DNA of 64,000 nucleotides from Squalus acanthias (taxonomy: Eukaryota), in NCBI GenBank assembly GCA_030390025.1, contig CM059449.1:19902001-19966000 (forward strand), given 5' to 3'. Positions 50,359-62,914 of the stretch are shown one piece after another (positions within the stretch are counted from its first letter, which is position 1; each line of letters opens with the position of its first letter). The position numbers were made by a program, and so were the translations under genes. The notes under the pieces are model-generated. The model had not been told where the DNA came from, searched no databases, and worked only from the letters and a program-made list of their open reading frames with translations.

Positions 50359-50836
50359 TCAGTGTCAAGATAGGCGCGTTTCTAGGTCAGTCACGTGTCT
50401 TTCCTGATTTTTCTTAGTTTTGATTTTAGTATTTATTTCACCCCATCTCTCCTGAAGGCACTAACTCTTCCTGGAGGACAGCTCCTTGGGCACTCTTCAG
50501 TATCTCACACAAATGACCAATTTTAACATGCGAGACCAGCGAGTGAGTGTCTGCGGGATATTTGGTATCATAGTGAGTACTAACCTGTCCTCACTCAATG
50601 TTCACACACATGCACTTTACACCAGGGATCAGAGGATAGCAATCAGGAGTGGGAATCCTGGCTGGCTATTTGCTCCCTAATTCGGGAGTACCGAAGCCAA
50701 TCATAGCACTCCTACTGCCGTCAGACTAAGATTAGTTAATCCTAGATAGAACCAGATTGTTCCTGGTCTGTACAGGTCAGCAGCACACCAGACTGTGCAT
50801 TGACCCAGTGGAGCAACAGGAGGATGGCCCTGGTTT

Positions 50837-51765
50837 AACAGCCAATGAAGTACTTTTGAAGTGTAGTCACTGTTGTAATGTAGGAAACGCGGCAGAGAAT
50901 TTGCGCACAGCAAGGTCCCACAAACAGCAGTGAGATAATGACCAGATAATCTGTTTTTTAGTAATGTTGGCTGAGGGGTAATTATTGACCAGAACACCGG
51001 GGAGAATTCCCCTGCTCGTCTTTGAAATAGTGCCATGGGATCTTTTACGTCCACCTGAGAGGGCAGACATCGGTTTAGCGTCTCATCCAAAAGACGGCAC
51101 ACCTCTGACAGTGCAGCACTCCCTCAGTACTACACTGAAGTGGTAGCCTAGATTCTATGCTCAAGTTATAAATCACTGGTTAGGCCTCAGCTGGAGTATT
51201 GTATCCAATTCTGGGCACCACACTTTAGGAAGGCTATCAAGGCCTTGGAGAGGGTGCAGAGGTGATTTACTAGAATGGCACCATGGATGAGGGACTTCAG
51301 TTATACGGAGAGATGAGAGATGCTGGGATTATTCTCCTTAAAGCAGAGAAGATTAAGGGGAGTTTTAATAGAGGTGTTCAAATTTATGAGGGGTTTTGAT
51401 AAGAGTACATAGGGAGAAACTGTTTCCAGTGGCAGGAGAGTCGGTAACCAGAGGACACAGATCTAAGATAATTGGCATGAGAACCTGGGAGGAGATCTCT
51501 TGTAATGCAGAGAGTTATGATGATCTGGAATAGTTATTTTCGAAAGGGAATTGGATATAAACTTGAAAAGGAAAAATTTGCAGGGCTATGTGGAAAGAGC
51601 AGGGGATTGGGACTAATTGGACAGCTCTTTCAAAGAGCCGGCACAGGCAGGAAGGGCCGAATGGATTCCTTCTGTGATGTATGATTCTATGTCTCTGGAA
51701 TGGGACTTGAACCTACAACCTTCTGACTCAGAGGCGAGAGTGCTACAATTGAGCCTCGGCTGACA
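50837..51765 (-). mobile_element. Deu-domain SINE split by a + strand CR1 3' fragment (51166-51690)
   Basis: GCTCAAGT|..|GTCTCTGGAATGGGACTTGAACC rejoins the consensus. Confidence 0.85.
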
Positions 51766-52879
51766 GCTACATATCTATAATATAATAAAAATCCTACATC
51801 TGCACACAACTTTCTGTCTACCAAACCTTACCGTCAGTTGTCGCATCCTAGTCACACTTTTTTATATTAGTTTTTTCTGTTATAAATTCCTACGTCCACC
51901 TTCATAGTAGAAGCTACTTGTTACGGTCTAATCACACTAACCCACCAGTGGCGGTGCTGTAGCACCTCAGGATTGCATCTCCCAGCTCACCAGTCCGTAC
52001 CAGAGAGAAACGTCTATATTCTAATCTATTCTACATCTCTGCTTCCCAAACTGCCATAATTATTGCTCTACAACAGAAAAATAATATAAAAGCAAAAAAA
52101 ACAAACCCCGACAGAATGTATAGCTTGAAAATGGGGACTGAAATACGTCTGCAAACACTGGTCCAATTATTCCTCGCCCTCCAACCCCTCTTAACCAAAG
52201 ATTCAACTTGGTCTTGACTGCTATGTGTGCGGCGGCGCCTCAGGAAATAGACTGGTATGTACATAAAATATAAAAAGCGACATGAACTCAGGTTAAAATG
52301 GAAGCTGTTCCTTCTCAGAGTTTAAAATGGAAGGCCACAGACAAGTCACAATCGGCTTACAACAGAAGCCGCTTCAGGATATCACATTGCTCAATTGATG
52401 TCATGGGAGTGATGGAGAGATCATGTGTGGTATTGGATAACCACAGCATACAAAGCTCATCACTAAATATAATTATCCTGTTTTGTAATGAATGAATCAG
52501 CCTCTATTCTGTACAGAGACTTTGAAGACACATCAGCGAAAGCCAGCATGTTTATTGGAGAGGGCGGGGGGGTCGGGGGGATGCAAAGTAAAACTCCCTC
52601 AATACCGCTTCATCGGGTCAGATGCAGCAGGGATTAGATACATATATGCCAAACTACAAAGCTCAAAAGGTCCATGAGAGGTGACAACTTAAACAAATTT
52701 TTTTAACTGGAACACAGCCCTCCGACCAAGGCGACTGAATGACTTAAATTCCTTTTTACCTCATTAGATTTCAGGACTTTAATTACTGTTTTGAGGTCAC
52801 ATTTCACAACTCAGGCTCCTTTTTCATGAAAACTGAAACCCAACGGCCTCACTTATGACATAAGTAGTTTATCAAATTG

Positions 52880-54437
52880 AAAACAAAGCTATACAATGTT
52901 GCGAAGAATAGTGGAAGGCCAGAGGATTGGGAATTTTTTAAAAACCAGCAAAGGACGACTAAAAAAAATGATAAAAAGAGAGAAGATAGCTTATGAGAGT
53001 AAGCTAGCAAGAAATATAAAAACAGTCAGTAAGAGCTTCTACAGGTATACAAAAAGGAAGAGAGTAGTTAAAGTAAACGTTGGTCCTCTAGAGGAAGAGT
53101 CTGGGGAATTAATAATGGGGAACAGGGAAATGGCGGAGACTTTGAACAAATATTTTGTATCGGTCTTCACGGCAGAAGACACTAAAAGCATCCCAATAAT
53201 GGATAATAAAGGGGCTAATAGGGGTGGGGGGGGGGTAACTTAAAACAATTACTATCACTAGAAAGTACTAGGCAAACTAATGGGACTAAAGGTGGACAAG
53301 CCCCTGGACCCAATGGTCTGCATCCTAGAGTCTTAAAAGAGCTGGCTGCAGAGATAGTGGATGCATTGGTTGTAATCTACCAAAATTCCCTGGATTCTGG
53401 AGAGGTCCACAGCGGACTGGAAAACCGCAAATGTAACGCCCCTATTTAAGAAAGGAAGGAGACATAAGCCAGGCAATTATCGACCAGTTAGCCGAACATC
53501 TGTCATTGGGAAAATGCTGGAGTCCATCATTAAGGAAGTGGTAGCAGGACATTTAGGAAATCATAATAGTCAAGCAGAGTCAGCATGGTTTTATGAAAGG
53601 GAAATCATGTTTGACAAATTTGCTGGAGTTCTTTGAGGATGTAACGAGCAGGGTGGATAAAGGGAAACCAGTAGATGTCGTGTATTTGGATTTCCAGAAG
53701 GCATTCGATAAGGTGCCACATAAAAGATTACTACACAAGATAAGAGCTCACCGGGTTGGGGGTAATATATTAACATGGATAGAGGATTGGCTAACTAACA
53801 GAAAACAGAGAGTCGGGATAAATGGATCATTTTCCGGTTGGCAAATGACTTGGATGAAGGGTCCGAGTGTAATGTAGCCAAATTTGCTGATGATACAAAG
53901 ATAGGTGGGAAAGCAAATTGTGTGGAGGACGCAAAGAATCTCCAAAGGGATATAGATAGGCTAAGTGAGTGGCCAAAAATCTGGCAGATGGAGTATAATG
54001 TGGGAAAATGCGAGGTTATCCACTTTGGTAGGAAAAATAAAAAAGCAAATTATTATTTAAATGGGGAGAGATTACAAAATGCTGAGGTACAGAGGGACCT
54101 GGGGGTCCTTGTACATGAATCACAAAAAGTTAGCATGCAGGTACAGCAAGTAATTGGGAAGGCAAATGGAGTGCTGGCCTTCATTGCAAAGGGAATGGAG
54201 TATAAAAGTAGGGAAGTCCTGTTACAACTGTACAGGGCATTGATGAGACCACACCTGGAGTACTGCGCACAATTTTAGTCACCTTATTTAAGGAAGGATA
54301 TACTTGCATTGGAGGCAGTTCAGAGAAGGTTCACGAGGTTGATTCCGGCGATGAAAGGGTTGTCTTATGAAGAAAAGGTTGAGCAGGTTGGGCCTATACT
54401 CATTGGAGTTTAGAAGAATGAGAGGGGATCTTATTCG
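52880..54437 (+). mobile_element. CR1 internal fragment (RT), decayed
   Basis: KSCLTNLLEFFE and FADDTKIGG motifs; internal deletion near 53843. Confidence 0.92.
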
Positions 54438-55230
54438 TCTACATCTTATGTTCATGATGAGAGTGCACTTGACATTACTTAAATGGCAGCTACATCCTTG
54501 TATTATAAGGGTTGGGTGGGGAAACTGAAATACACAGAAGTGCATGTTGTGCATTGATGAACCTAGACATTTTTGAAGGGGGAATTGAGTTCTGATGGAA
54601 TAAATTTTATTTCCTAGAGGGAATCTGATAGCATGCCCTTTCCAGGAAATGGAAATGAAAATGGGGAGGGTTCTATAACGGACGGCCAATCCGCAATGCT
54701 GGCGGATTTCAGATGTGAGGCCATTGGGTTTCAGCTTTCGCAAGGGGTGGTTTACATCTACTGTACTGCACTGAAGCGAAGCAAAGGTTAGTTACCACAC
54801 TCGGTGGTGACTTTGCATCCGAACAGGTTAAAAAGGCACCTACTAATAAGCGGGAGTCAATGATTGCTTATCCTTATTGTTCATCATAAGGCATGAAATA
54901 ATGCTCAGACAATGGACAGCACTCAGCCAGACTGCAGCAAACAGAAGGTATTACAAAATATTTGAAAGACTGTTCAATATCACCTAGGAATGTAGCCACA
55001 CTTCCATCCCACAATTAGTGCACGCACAGACCTTTTCTCCCACATGATTTGTGATACAACTGCGAAGCAGTGATGTACTGAGGGATTAAGATGACAGAGT
55101 ATGAAAGCAAAGCTCAAGTGGGTTATTGACGTCAATTGAACTAACAATTTGCGAATCTGCAGCTCTTGTAGAATAATCATTTTACATTTGTACCTATCGA
55201 TGTTATCCAAAAAGACAGATAAATTGCCTA

Positions 55231-55330
55231 ATAAAGACAGAAAATGCTGGAAATACTCAGCAGGTCAGGCAGCATCTGTAGAGAGAGAAACAGAGTTAAC
55301 ATTTCAGGTCGACGACCCTTCGTCAGAACT
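55231..55330 (-). mobile_element. Penelope-like pLTR fragment (second family)
   Basis: Hammerhead followed by ACAGATGCTGCCTGACCTGCTGAGTATTTCCAGCATTTTCTG. Confidence 0.75.
55294..55330 (-). ncRNA. Minimal type I hammerhead ribozyme motif
   Basis: AGTT-CTGACGA-A-GGGTC(GTC)GACCT-GAA-ATGT-T-AACT. Confidence 0.7.
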
Positions 55331-55537
55331 AATGTAAAGATTGCCTTCTGCTGCAGCAATAACTTACCACGTAAATTCAAATTCTGGACTCTCACAAAAT
55401 AGGAGCAACATTTCTCTAATGTAGAGATTAGCTCTCAATGAACAGTAAGAGGGCTCAGTGGTCTGCCACAATTCAGAGCTGAGGTGCATGAAGTCTCTGA
55501 TGAGCACAGCTTATTTAATTCAATGTTTTTTGCACAG

Positions 55538-55604
55538 CAGTAAAAAAAACAACAACAGGAAATGGCAGCCTCGTAGTTTACCAATCTATGAGAAACTACT
55601 GTAA
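55538..55604 (+). CDS. Candidate terminal exon of the SLAM-like gene
   Basis: ttttttgcacag|cag (phase 2); SKKNNNRKWQPRSLPIYEKLL*; AATAAA at 55661. Confidence 0.45.
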
Positions 55605-55660
55605 TCTGTACAGATTGATGCTTCTAACTGCCCTAAGCAAATATGTACGGCTGTGTTTGA

Positions 55661-55666
55661 AATAAA
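55661..55666 (+). terminator. Candidate polyadenylation signal
   Basis: AATAAA 57 nt after the putative stop codon. Confidence 0.35.
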
Positions 55667-56289
55667 GCCGTTTTCTAAGAATTGCGATACGGTTTCACAA
55701 TTGTTATTTATCATAATTCTCTAACAGCCAAAATGCCTATGTTTTTTAAAATCTTATAATTTGAGAGCACAAATGCAAATGTTTCACCTTGGGTTAGTCT
55801 TCTGAACTATTTTTCCACCTTCCTTTGCTATGATTACTCCAGAGAGTTTTGGAATATTAATTATCAGTCTATGCAGTCTAATCAGATCACAACCAGGTAA
55901 CTGGAGGCTGAGACCCGCCTCAGCTGATAGTGGAAACAGAAAGTCCATTTGGAGACTTTTCGATCCTGGAAAACAGCATGACTGTTTGCCTTCACTATGC
56001 AGTCCCTCAAAATACTCCCTCTCACTTTTCATCTCCTGATACTTCATTTCAGAAGAAAATTTAAATCGAATATTGGAACTTATTTAAAAAGCAATATTGC
56101 GGTGCTTTCCAGTGCCATCATTGCATGTTCCTGAAATGCTCCCCTTTTTTGTAATTTGCCATCGAACTGGCACACAGAGGGAGCAAATATCGGCAAATTC
56201 CATACCGCAGCAAGTGATGTCCAGACTTTGTGTCTTTTAAACTCTTAAAACACAAGGTCAGACATTACCGCTGGTAACACTATTGTACG

Positions 56290-57160
56290 GGGTGTGGTGG
56301 TGCAATGCTTATGTTATTGGGTTAATAATTCAGAGAACACATTCACAGAGAAGGACATTCTTGCTATTGAGGAAGTGCAGCGAAGGTTCACTAGATTGAT
56401 TCCTGGGATGGCCGGACTGACATATCAAGAAAGATTGGGTTAAATGAATTTGTATCCTCTGGAGTTCAGAAGAATGAGGGGGGATCTTATAGAGACGTTT
56501 AAAATCCTGACTGGTTTAGACAAATTAGATGCGGGCAGAATGTTCCCAATGTTAGGGAAAACTAGAACCAGGGGTCACAGTCTAAGGATTAAGGGGAAGC
56601 CATTTAAGACTGAGCTGAGGAGGAACTTCTTCACCCAGAGAGTGGTGAATCTATGGAATTCTCTTCCACAGAAGGTTGTTGAGGCCAGTTCGCTAAATAT
56701 ATTCAAAAGGGAGTTAGATATAACACTCACAACTAGGGGGATCAAGGGGTATGGCGAGAAAGCAGGAATGGGGTACTGAGGTAGCATGTTCAGCCATGAA
56801 CGCATTGAATGGCGGTGCAGGCTCGAAGGACCGAATGGTCTACTCCTGTACCTATTTTCTATGTTTCTATAACACAAATTCAATTTCCACTTTAAAAATC
56901 TGGAAACAAAAAGCTGGGATCAGTAGAAGTGACCTTTCGGATTGTCGTAAAAACCCAACCGGTTCATTAATGCTCTTTAGGGAAGGAAACCTGCCGTCCT
57001 TAACCGGTCTGGCCTATATGTGACTCCAGTCCCACACCGATGTGGTCGACTCTTAACTGCTCCCTGAATTGGCCTAACAAGTCACCCGGTTAAGGGCAAC
57101 TAGGGATGGGCAATGAATGCTGGTCTTGCCAGCAATGCCCACATCCCGAGAATGATTCTA
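56290..57160 (+). mobile_element. SINE (possibly Meta-domain type) with a family-B LINE tail, split by a young CR1 (56342-56870)
   Basis: TSD AACACA (56336-56341 / 56871-56876); TTTAGGGAAGGAAACCTGCCGTCCTTA core; tail matches 41615-41680. Confidence 0.8.
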
Positions 57161-58106
57161 AACAACAGCGAATGCTTAACACGCTGTCTGATAGTTTCAC
57201 AGAGACATTAATCATTTAAAGTAAACACTGATCTCATTGGTTCTAACAGTCTGTCCTCTGACTGATAAGATTGGCAAACAAGGGATGAAAAATTGTCAAG
57301 TGTAAAATGGATCTCGCGGGTTAGATGTAAAAAGTGTTGCACTTTACATCTAACTCATGCTGTCTGTACCTGACCTGGGAGTGCTGGACGGGAAAGTGTG
57401 AGGGAAGTTAGTGCTGGGGGGGTTGGATCGCTTTCCATTTCTGGCATCCAATTCCAGCATCGGAAGTTCCCAGGTAACTGAGGGGACAATGCAGAGGGAG
57501 CTTTACTCTGCATCCGATGTCAACTGAGAGCCAGCAATGAGCAGCAAGGTTAAAGACCCGAGCCCACCATCAGATATGGCAAAATGAAGCTCAATACTGA
57601 TGTGACCACATCAACGACAAGGGTGAAGAACATATGGAAAGCAAGTGCAAGCATCTGATAATTATTAGTTGCACCCTAAAAGAGACCAACACACCCTCAC
57701 CTGTGCGTGAAGCTTCTCGATGCTCGCCGCCGTATATTTCTGTCAGCGTTGATGTGAATCAATTCAGGTGTGTGAGAAAAATGTCATGGAGCATTGCTGA
57801 GGTCGATCTCACCATCAGAATGTTAAATGTGGATGCCTGCATGTGACGGAGTAGGCCTGCCGGGGAAATATAAACAAAATTATTGGAAATACCCCAGCAC
57901 AGGATTTGTAAACGAATTTTCTATGGTGGATCTGATCCGATATCCTGGCACATGTTGTGGGCCACATTCAGCAAGAGCTATTAACTAGAAGTAGATGAAG
58001 ATAAACTATATTGGCACTTAATTACATTAAGATTTGAATTACTGCTACTGCCGCTCCCCGTTACCTGGCACCTCTTAGCTTGAACCACTGCATCAACATT
58101 TGAACG

Positions 58107-58578
58107 AAAGAAAGACTTGCATTTCTATAGCGGCTTTCACGACCACCGGACGTCTCAAAGCGCTTCACAGTCAATGAAGTACTTTTGAAGTGGAGTCATT
58201 GTTGTATTGTGGGAAACGCGGCAGCCAATTTGCGCACAGCAAGCTCCCACAAACAGCAATGTGATAATGACCAGGTAATCTGCTTTTGTTATGTTGATCG
58301 AGGGATAAATATTGTCCAGGACACCGGTGATAACTCCCCCTGCTCTTCTTCGAAATAGTGACATGGGAACTTTTACTTCCACCTGAGAGCAGACGGGGCC
58401 TCGGTTTAACGTCTCATCCAAAAGACGGCACCTCCAATAATGCAGCACTCCCTCAGCACTGCACTGGAGTGTCAGCCTAGCTTTTTGTGCTCAAGTCTCT
58501 GGAATGGGACTTGAACCCACAACCTTCTGACTCAGAGACGAGGGTGCTACCCACTGAGCCACCGCCGACAGCTGACAC
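58107..58578 (-). mobile_element. Deu-domain tRNA SINE, full length
   Basis: Same head, Deu domain and tail as the other copies. Confidence 0.9.
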
Positions 58579-59089
58579 AATTTGGAGCAAAAGACTGGGC
58601 TGAGGCCTGTCTTGGATAAAAACATGAGGACCACTTGTCACTACAGAACTTTGTGCCCCAACCACTGACCCTGGAAGTGAATTCCACAGTCTCACAACTC
58701 TCTGTGTAAAGAAGTTTTTCTTGATCACTGTTCTAAATCACTTACATTTAATCTTGTATCTATGGCTCCTCATCTTGACCGCGCAACCACTGGTAGCAGC
58801 CTGCTTCTATCCACCACATCCCATCTTTCATCATTTTAAACATTTCTGTCGTATCGCAATGGAATATGTGTTGAATGAGAAGGATGAGTCCTAATCAAAA
58901 AGGGCACAAAAGTCAGAATAGGCCCGAGACTGAGTCGCCTACCTTTCTGGTTCGGAATACAGCTGTCTTGTTTGACTTCCTGTACTCCTAATCTGTTAGA
59001 CAACCACAACTGGTTGCCTTAGTGATTATTAGCTTTAAACCACAAGAACATAACACTTTCTGCTGCACAAGCATTGGGCCATAATTACA

Positions 59090-60768
59090 TTGTGTCAGTC
59101 TTCACAGTAGAGGAAGAGGATAATATAACCGATATTCCAGGGCAACAAATAACAATTCAAGAACTGGAACTCACTAAAGTTAACGTAAGCAAGAAAACAG
59201 TAATAGAAAAAATAATGGCCCTAAAGACTTGACAAATCCCCAGGACCTGATGGTTTCCACCATGGGATTTTAAAGGAACTAGGTGAGGAAATTGCTTTAG
59301 CCAAAATCTTCCAAAGTTCTCCCGATTCAGGAATTGTCCAGTTAGATTGGAAAATTGCAAATGTAACTCCATTATTTAAGAAAGGCAAGAGAGAGAAACC
59401 AGAAAACTACAGACCTGTTAGCTTAACATCTGTTGTGGGGAAGTTATTGGAATCTATCATTAAGGACAGAGTGACTGAGCACTTAGAGAAATTTGAGCTG
59501 ATTAGAGAGAGCCAACATGGATTTGTAAAGGGTAGGTCATGTCTAACGAACATAATCGATTTTTTTGAGGCAACAACTAAAGCAGCAGACAGGGGAATGT
59601 CTATGGACGTAGTGTATATCGACTTCCAAAATACATTTGCTAAGGTTCCACATAAGAGACTGTTAGCGAAAATTAAAGTTCATGGAATTGAAGGCAAATT
59701 ATTGACCTGGTTAGGAGATTGGTTAGGCGGTAGAAGACAGAGAGTAAGGATAATGGATATGTACTCAAATTGCAAGGAAGTGACAAGTGTTGTCCCACAA
59801 GGATCTGTGCTAGGGACTCAACTATTCACTATATTTATTAATGACTTAGATAACACAATAGAGAGCCTATATCCAAGTTTGCCCATGGCACAGAGATTGG
59901 TGGTATCGAAGGTTGTGTGGACAGGAGTATAAAATTACAAAGAGACATTGACAGATTAAGGGAGTGAGCAAAACTGTGCCAGATGGATTTCAACACAGGT
60001 AAGTGTGAGGTCCTCCACTGTGGACTAAAAAAGGATAGATCAGAGTATTTTTTAAATGGTGAATAGTTACTGGAGGTCCAAAGAGGTTGAGGGGTCCCTG
60101 TGCACAAATCACTGAAATGTAGTAGTCAGGTACAAAAAAAAATCAAAAAGGCAAATGGAACATTAGCCTTTATATCTAGAGGGTTAGAATATAAGGGAAG
60201 TTTTGCTACAGCTATACAAAGCCCTGATTAAACCACATCTGGAGAATTGTGTACAGTTCAGGGCACTGCACCTTGGAAAGGATATATTGGCCTTGGAAGG
60301 AGTGCAGCGCAGATTCACCAGAACGTTACCAGGGGCTCCAAGGGTTAGATTACGAGGAGAGATTACATAAACTAGGCTTGGAATGTAGAAGGTTAAGGGG
60401 TAATTTGATTTGAGTTTTTAGGATTTTGAAAGGAATTGATAGGGTAAATAGAGAAAAACTTTTCCCGCTGGTTAGGGAGTCTAGGACAAGGGGACATAAC
60501 CTTAAAGTCAGAGCCAGGCCATTCAAGAGAGAAGTTACCAAACACTTCTTCATGCAAAGGGTAGTAGAAATGTGGCACTCTCGCCCACAAAAAGCAGTTG
60601 ATGCTAGATCAATTAATAATTTTAAATCTGAGATTGCTAGATTGTTGCTAGCTAAGGGTATTAAAGGATCTGGAGCCAAGGCGGGGGTGCATGGTGTTAG
60701 GAAACAGATCAGCCATGATCTCATTAAATGGGATCTAGGAGCTGAATGGCCTACTCATGTTCCTATGT
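59090..60768 (+). mobile_element. CR1 RT-to-tail fragment, decayed
   Basis: QHGFVKGRSCL and PQGSVLG motifs with many stops. Confidence 0.92.
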
Positions 60769-60913
60769 TAGGCTTAGAGGTTAAGATTGGGGGATAGGGT
60801 TTGGGTTAGAAATCACGATTGATAACAGCACTGTCACTAGACTCATCCTTTTTCATTTGATGTGCTTTTACCACACGCCGACGAGTCACAAAACAGCCTC
60901 ATGAATTGTTTGT

Positions 60914-60955
60914 TCAAGGAGCCTTCTTCTGGCCCCAGCCTGATTTCCTTCCTTC
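60914..60955 (-). pseudogene. Probable C-terminal codons of the PHF23-like retrocopy
   Basis: Removing the CR1 and one TSD copy gives ..CRDVK-EGRKSGWGQKKAP*. Confidence 0.55.
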
Positions 60956-62914
60956 ATAGAAAGTTACAGCACGGAAGGAGGTCATTTCGGCCCATTGTGT
61001 CCGCGCCGGCCAACAAAGAGCTATCCAGCCTTTTCCCACTTCCCAGCTCTTGGTCCGTAGCCCTGCAGGTTAGAGCATCCCAAAGTGCACATCCAAGTAC
61101 TTTTTAAATGTGGTTAGGGTTCCTGCCTCTACCACCCTTTCAGGCAGTGAGTTTCACACCCCCCACAACCCTCTGGGTGAAGGAATTTCCCCTCAAATCC
61201 CCTCTAAACCTTCCCCCATTACTTTAAATCTGTGCCCCCTGGTTTTTGACCCCTCTGCTAAGGAAAATAGGTCCTTTCTATCCACTTTATCTATGCCCTC
61301 ATAATTTTATACACTTCAACAAGGTCTCCCCTCAGCCTCCTCTGTTCCAAGGAAAACAGACCCAGCCTATCCAGTCTTTCCTCATAACTAAGATTCTCTA
61401 CTCCCAGCAACATTCTTGTAAATCTCCTCTGTACCCTCTCTAGTGCAATCACATCTTTCCTGTAATGTGGTGACCAGAACTGCACGCAGTACTCTAGCTG
61501 AGGCCTAACTAGTGTTTTATACAGTTGAAGCATAACCCCCCTGCTCTTGTATTCTATGCCACGGCTAATAAAGGCAAGTATTCCGTATACCTTCTTAACC
61601 ACTTTATCTACTTGGCCTGCTACCTTCAGGGATCTGTGGACATGCACTCAAAGGTCCCTTTGTTCCTCTACACTACTGTGTCCTACCATACAATGTGTAT
61701 TCCCTTTCCTTGTTAGCCCTCCCAAAATGCATTACCTCACACTTCTCCGGATTGAATTCCATTTGCCACTGTTCTGCCCACCTGACCAATTTATTGATAT
61801 CTTCCTGCAGTCTGCAGCTTCCTTCTTCAGTATCAACCACACAGCCGATTTTAGTATCATCTGCAAACTTCTTAATCATACTGCCTGTATTCAAGTCAAG
61901 ATCATTGATATATACCACAAAAAGCAAGGGACCTAGTACTGAGCCCTGCGAAACCCCACTGGAAACAGCCTTCCAGTCACAAAAACACACATCAACCATT
62001 ACCCTCTGCTTCCTGTCACCGAGCCAGTTTTGAATCCAACTTGACACTTTGCCCTGAATCCCAAGGGCTTTTAACTTTGTGACCAGTCTGCCATGTGGAA
62101 CCTTATCAAAAGCCTTGCTAAAGGCCATATACACTACATCAAATGCACTACCCCCATCTACCCTCCTTGTTACCTCCTCAAAAAATTCAATCAAGTTTAT
62201 CAGACATGACCTTCCCTTAACAAATCCGTGTTTTTCTAAATGAAGATTTATCCTGTCCTTCAGAATTCTTTCCAATAATTTTCCCACTACCGAGGTTAGG
62301 CTGACTGGCCTGTAATTACTCGGTCTATCCTTTTCTCCCTTTTTAAACAAGGGTACCACATTAGCAGTCCTCCAGTCCTCCGGCACCACACCTGAAGCCA
62401 GAGAGGATTGAAAAATGATGGTCAGGACCTCTGCTATTTCCTCTTTTGCTTCGCTTAACAGCCTGGGGTACATTCCATCCGGGCCTGGGGATTTATCTAC
62501 TTTTAAAGCTGCTAAACCCCTTAATTCTTCCTCTCTCACTATGTTTATTTCATCTAATATTTCACACTCCTCCCCCCCCCCCCCGATAGCAATATCTGCT
62601 TCGCCCCTCTCCTTTGTGAAAACAGACGCAAAGTATTCATTAAGAACCCTACCGATGTCTCCCGCCTCCTCACACAGATTACCCTCATGATCTCTAATAG
62701 GCCCTACCCTTTCTTTAGTTATCCTCTTACTCTTAATATATTTATAAAACATCTTTGGGTTTTCCTTGACTTTACTTGCCAAGAATTTTTCATGCTCTCT
62801 CTTTGCTTTCCTAATATCCTTTTTAATTGCACCCCTGCACTTTCTGTACTCCTCTAAAGATTCTGGAGTACTTAGCCCTCGGTATCTGTCATACGCCTCC
62901 CTTTTTTTCCTTCT
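60956..62914 (-). mobile_element. CR1, 5'-truncated, inserted in the PHF23-like pseudogene
   Basis: 369-aa RT ORF; 7-bp TSD TTCCTTC at 60949-60955 and 62915-62921. Confidence 0.93.

Noticed and set aside
658-62690. Numerous antisense ORFs (e.g. MNNGTTLAVLQSS.., MYSLALLVLPK..) and SINE ORFs (MDVKDPMALF..)
   Set aside because: Shadows of CR1 ORF2 or SINE consensus; they recur because the repeats recur.
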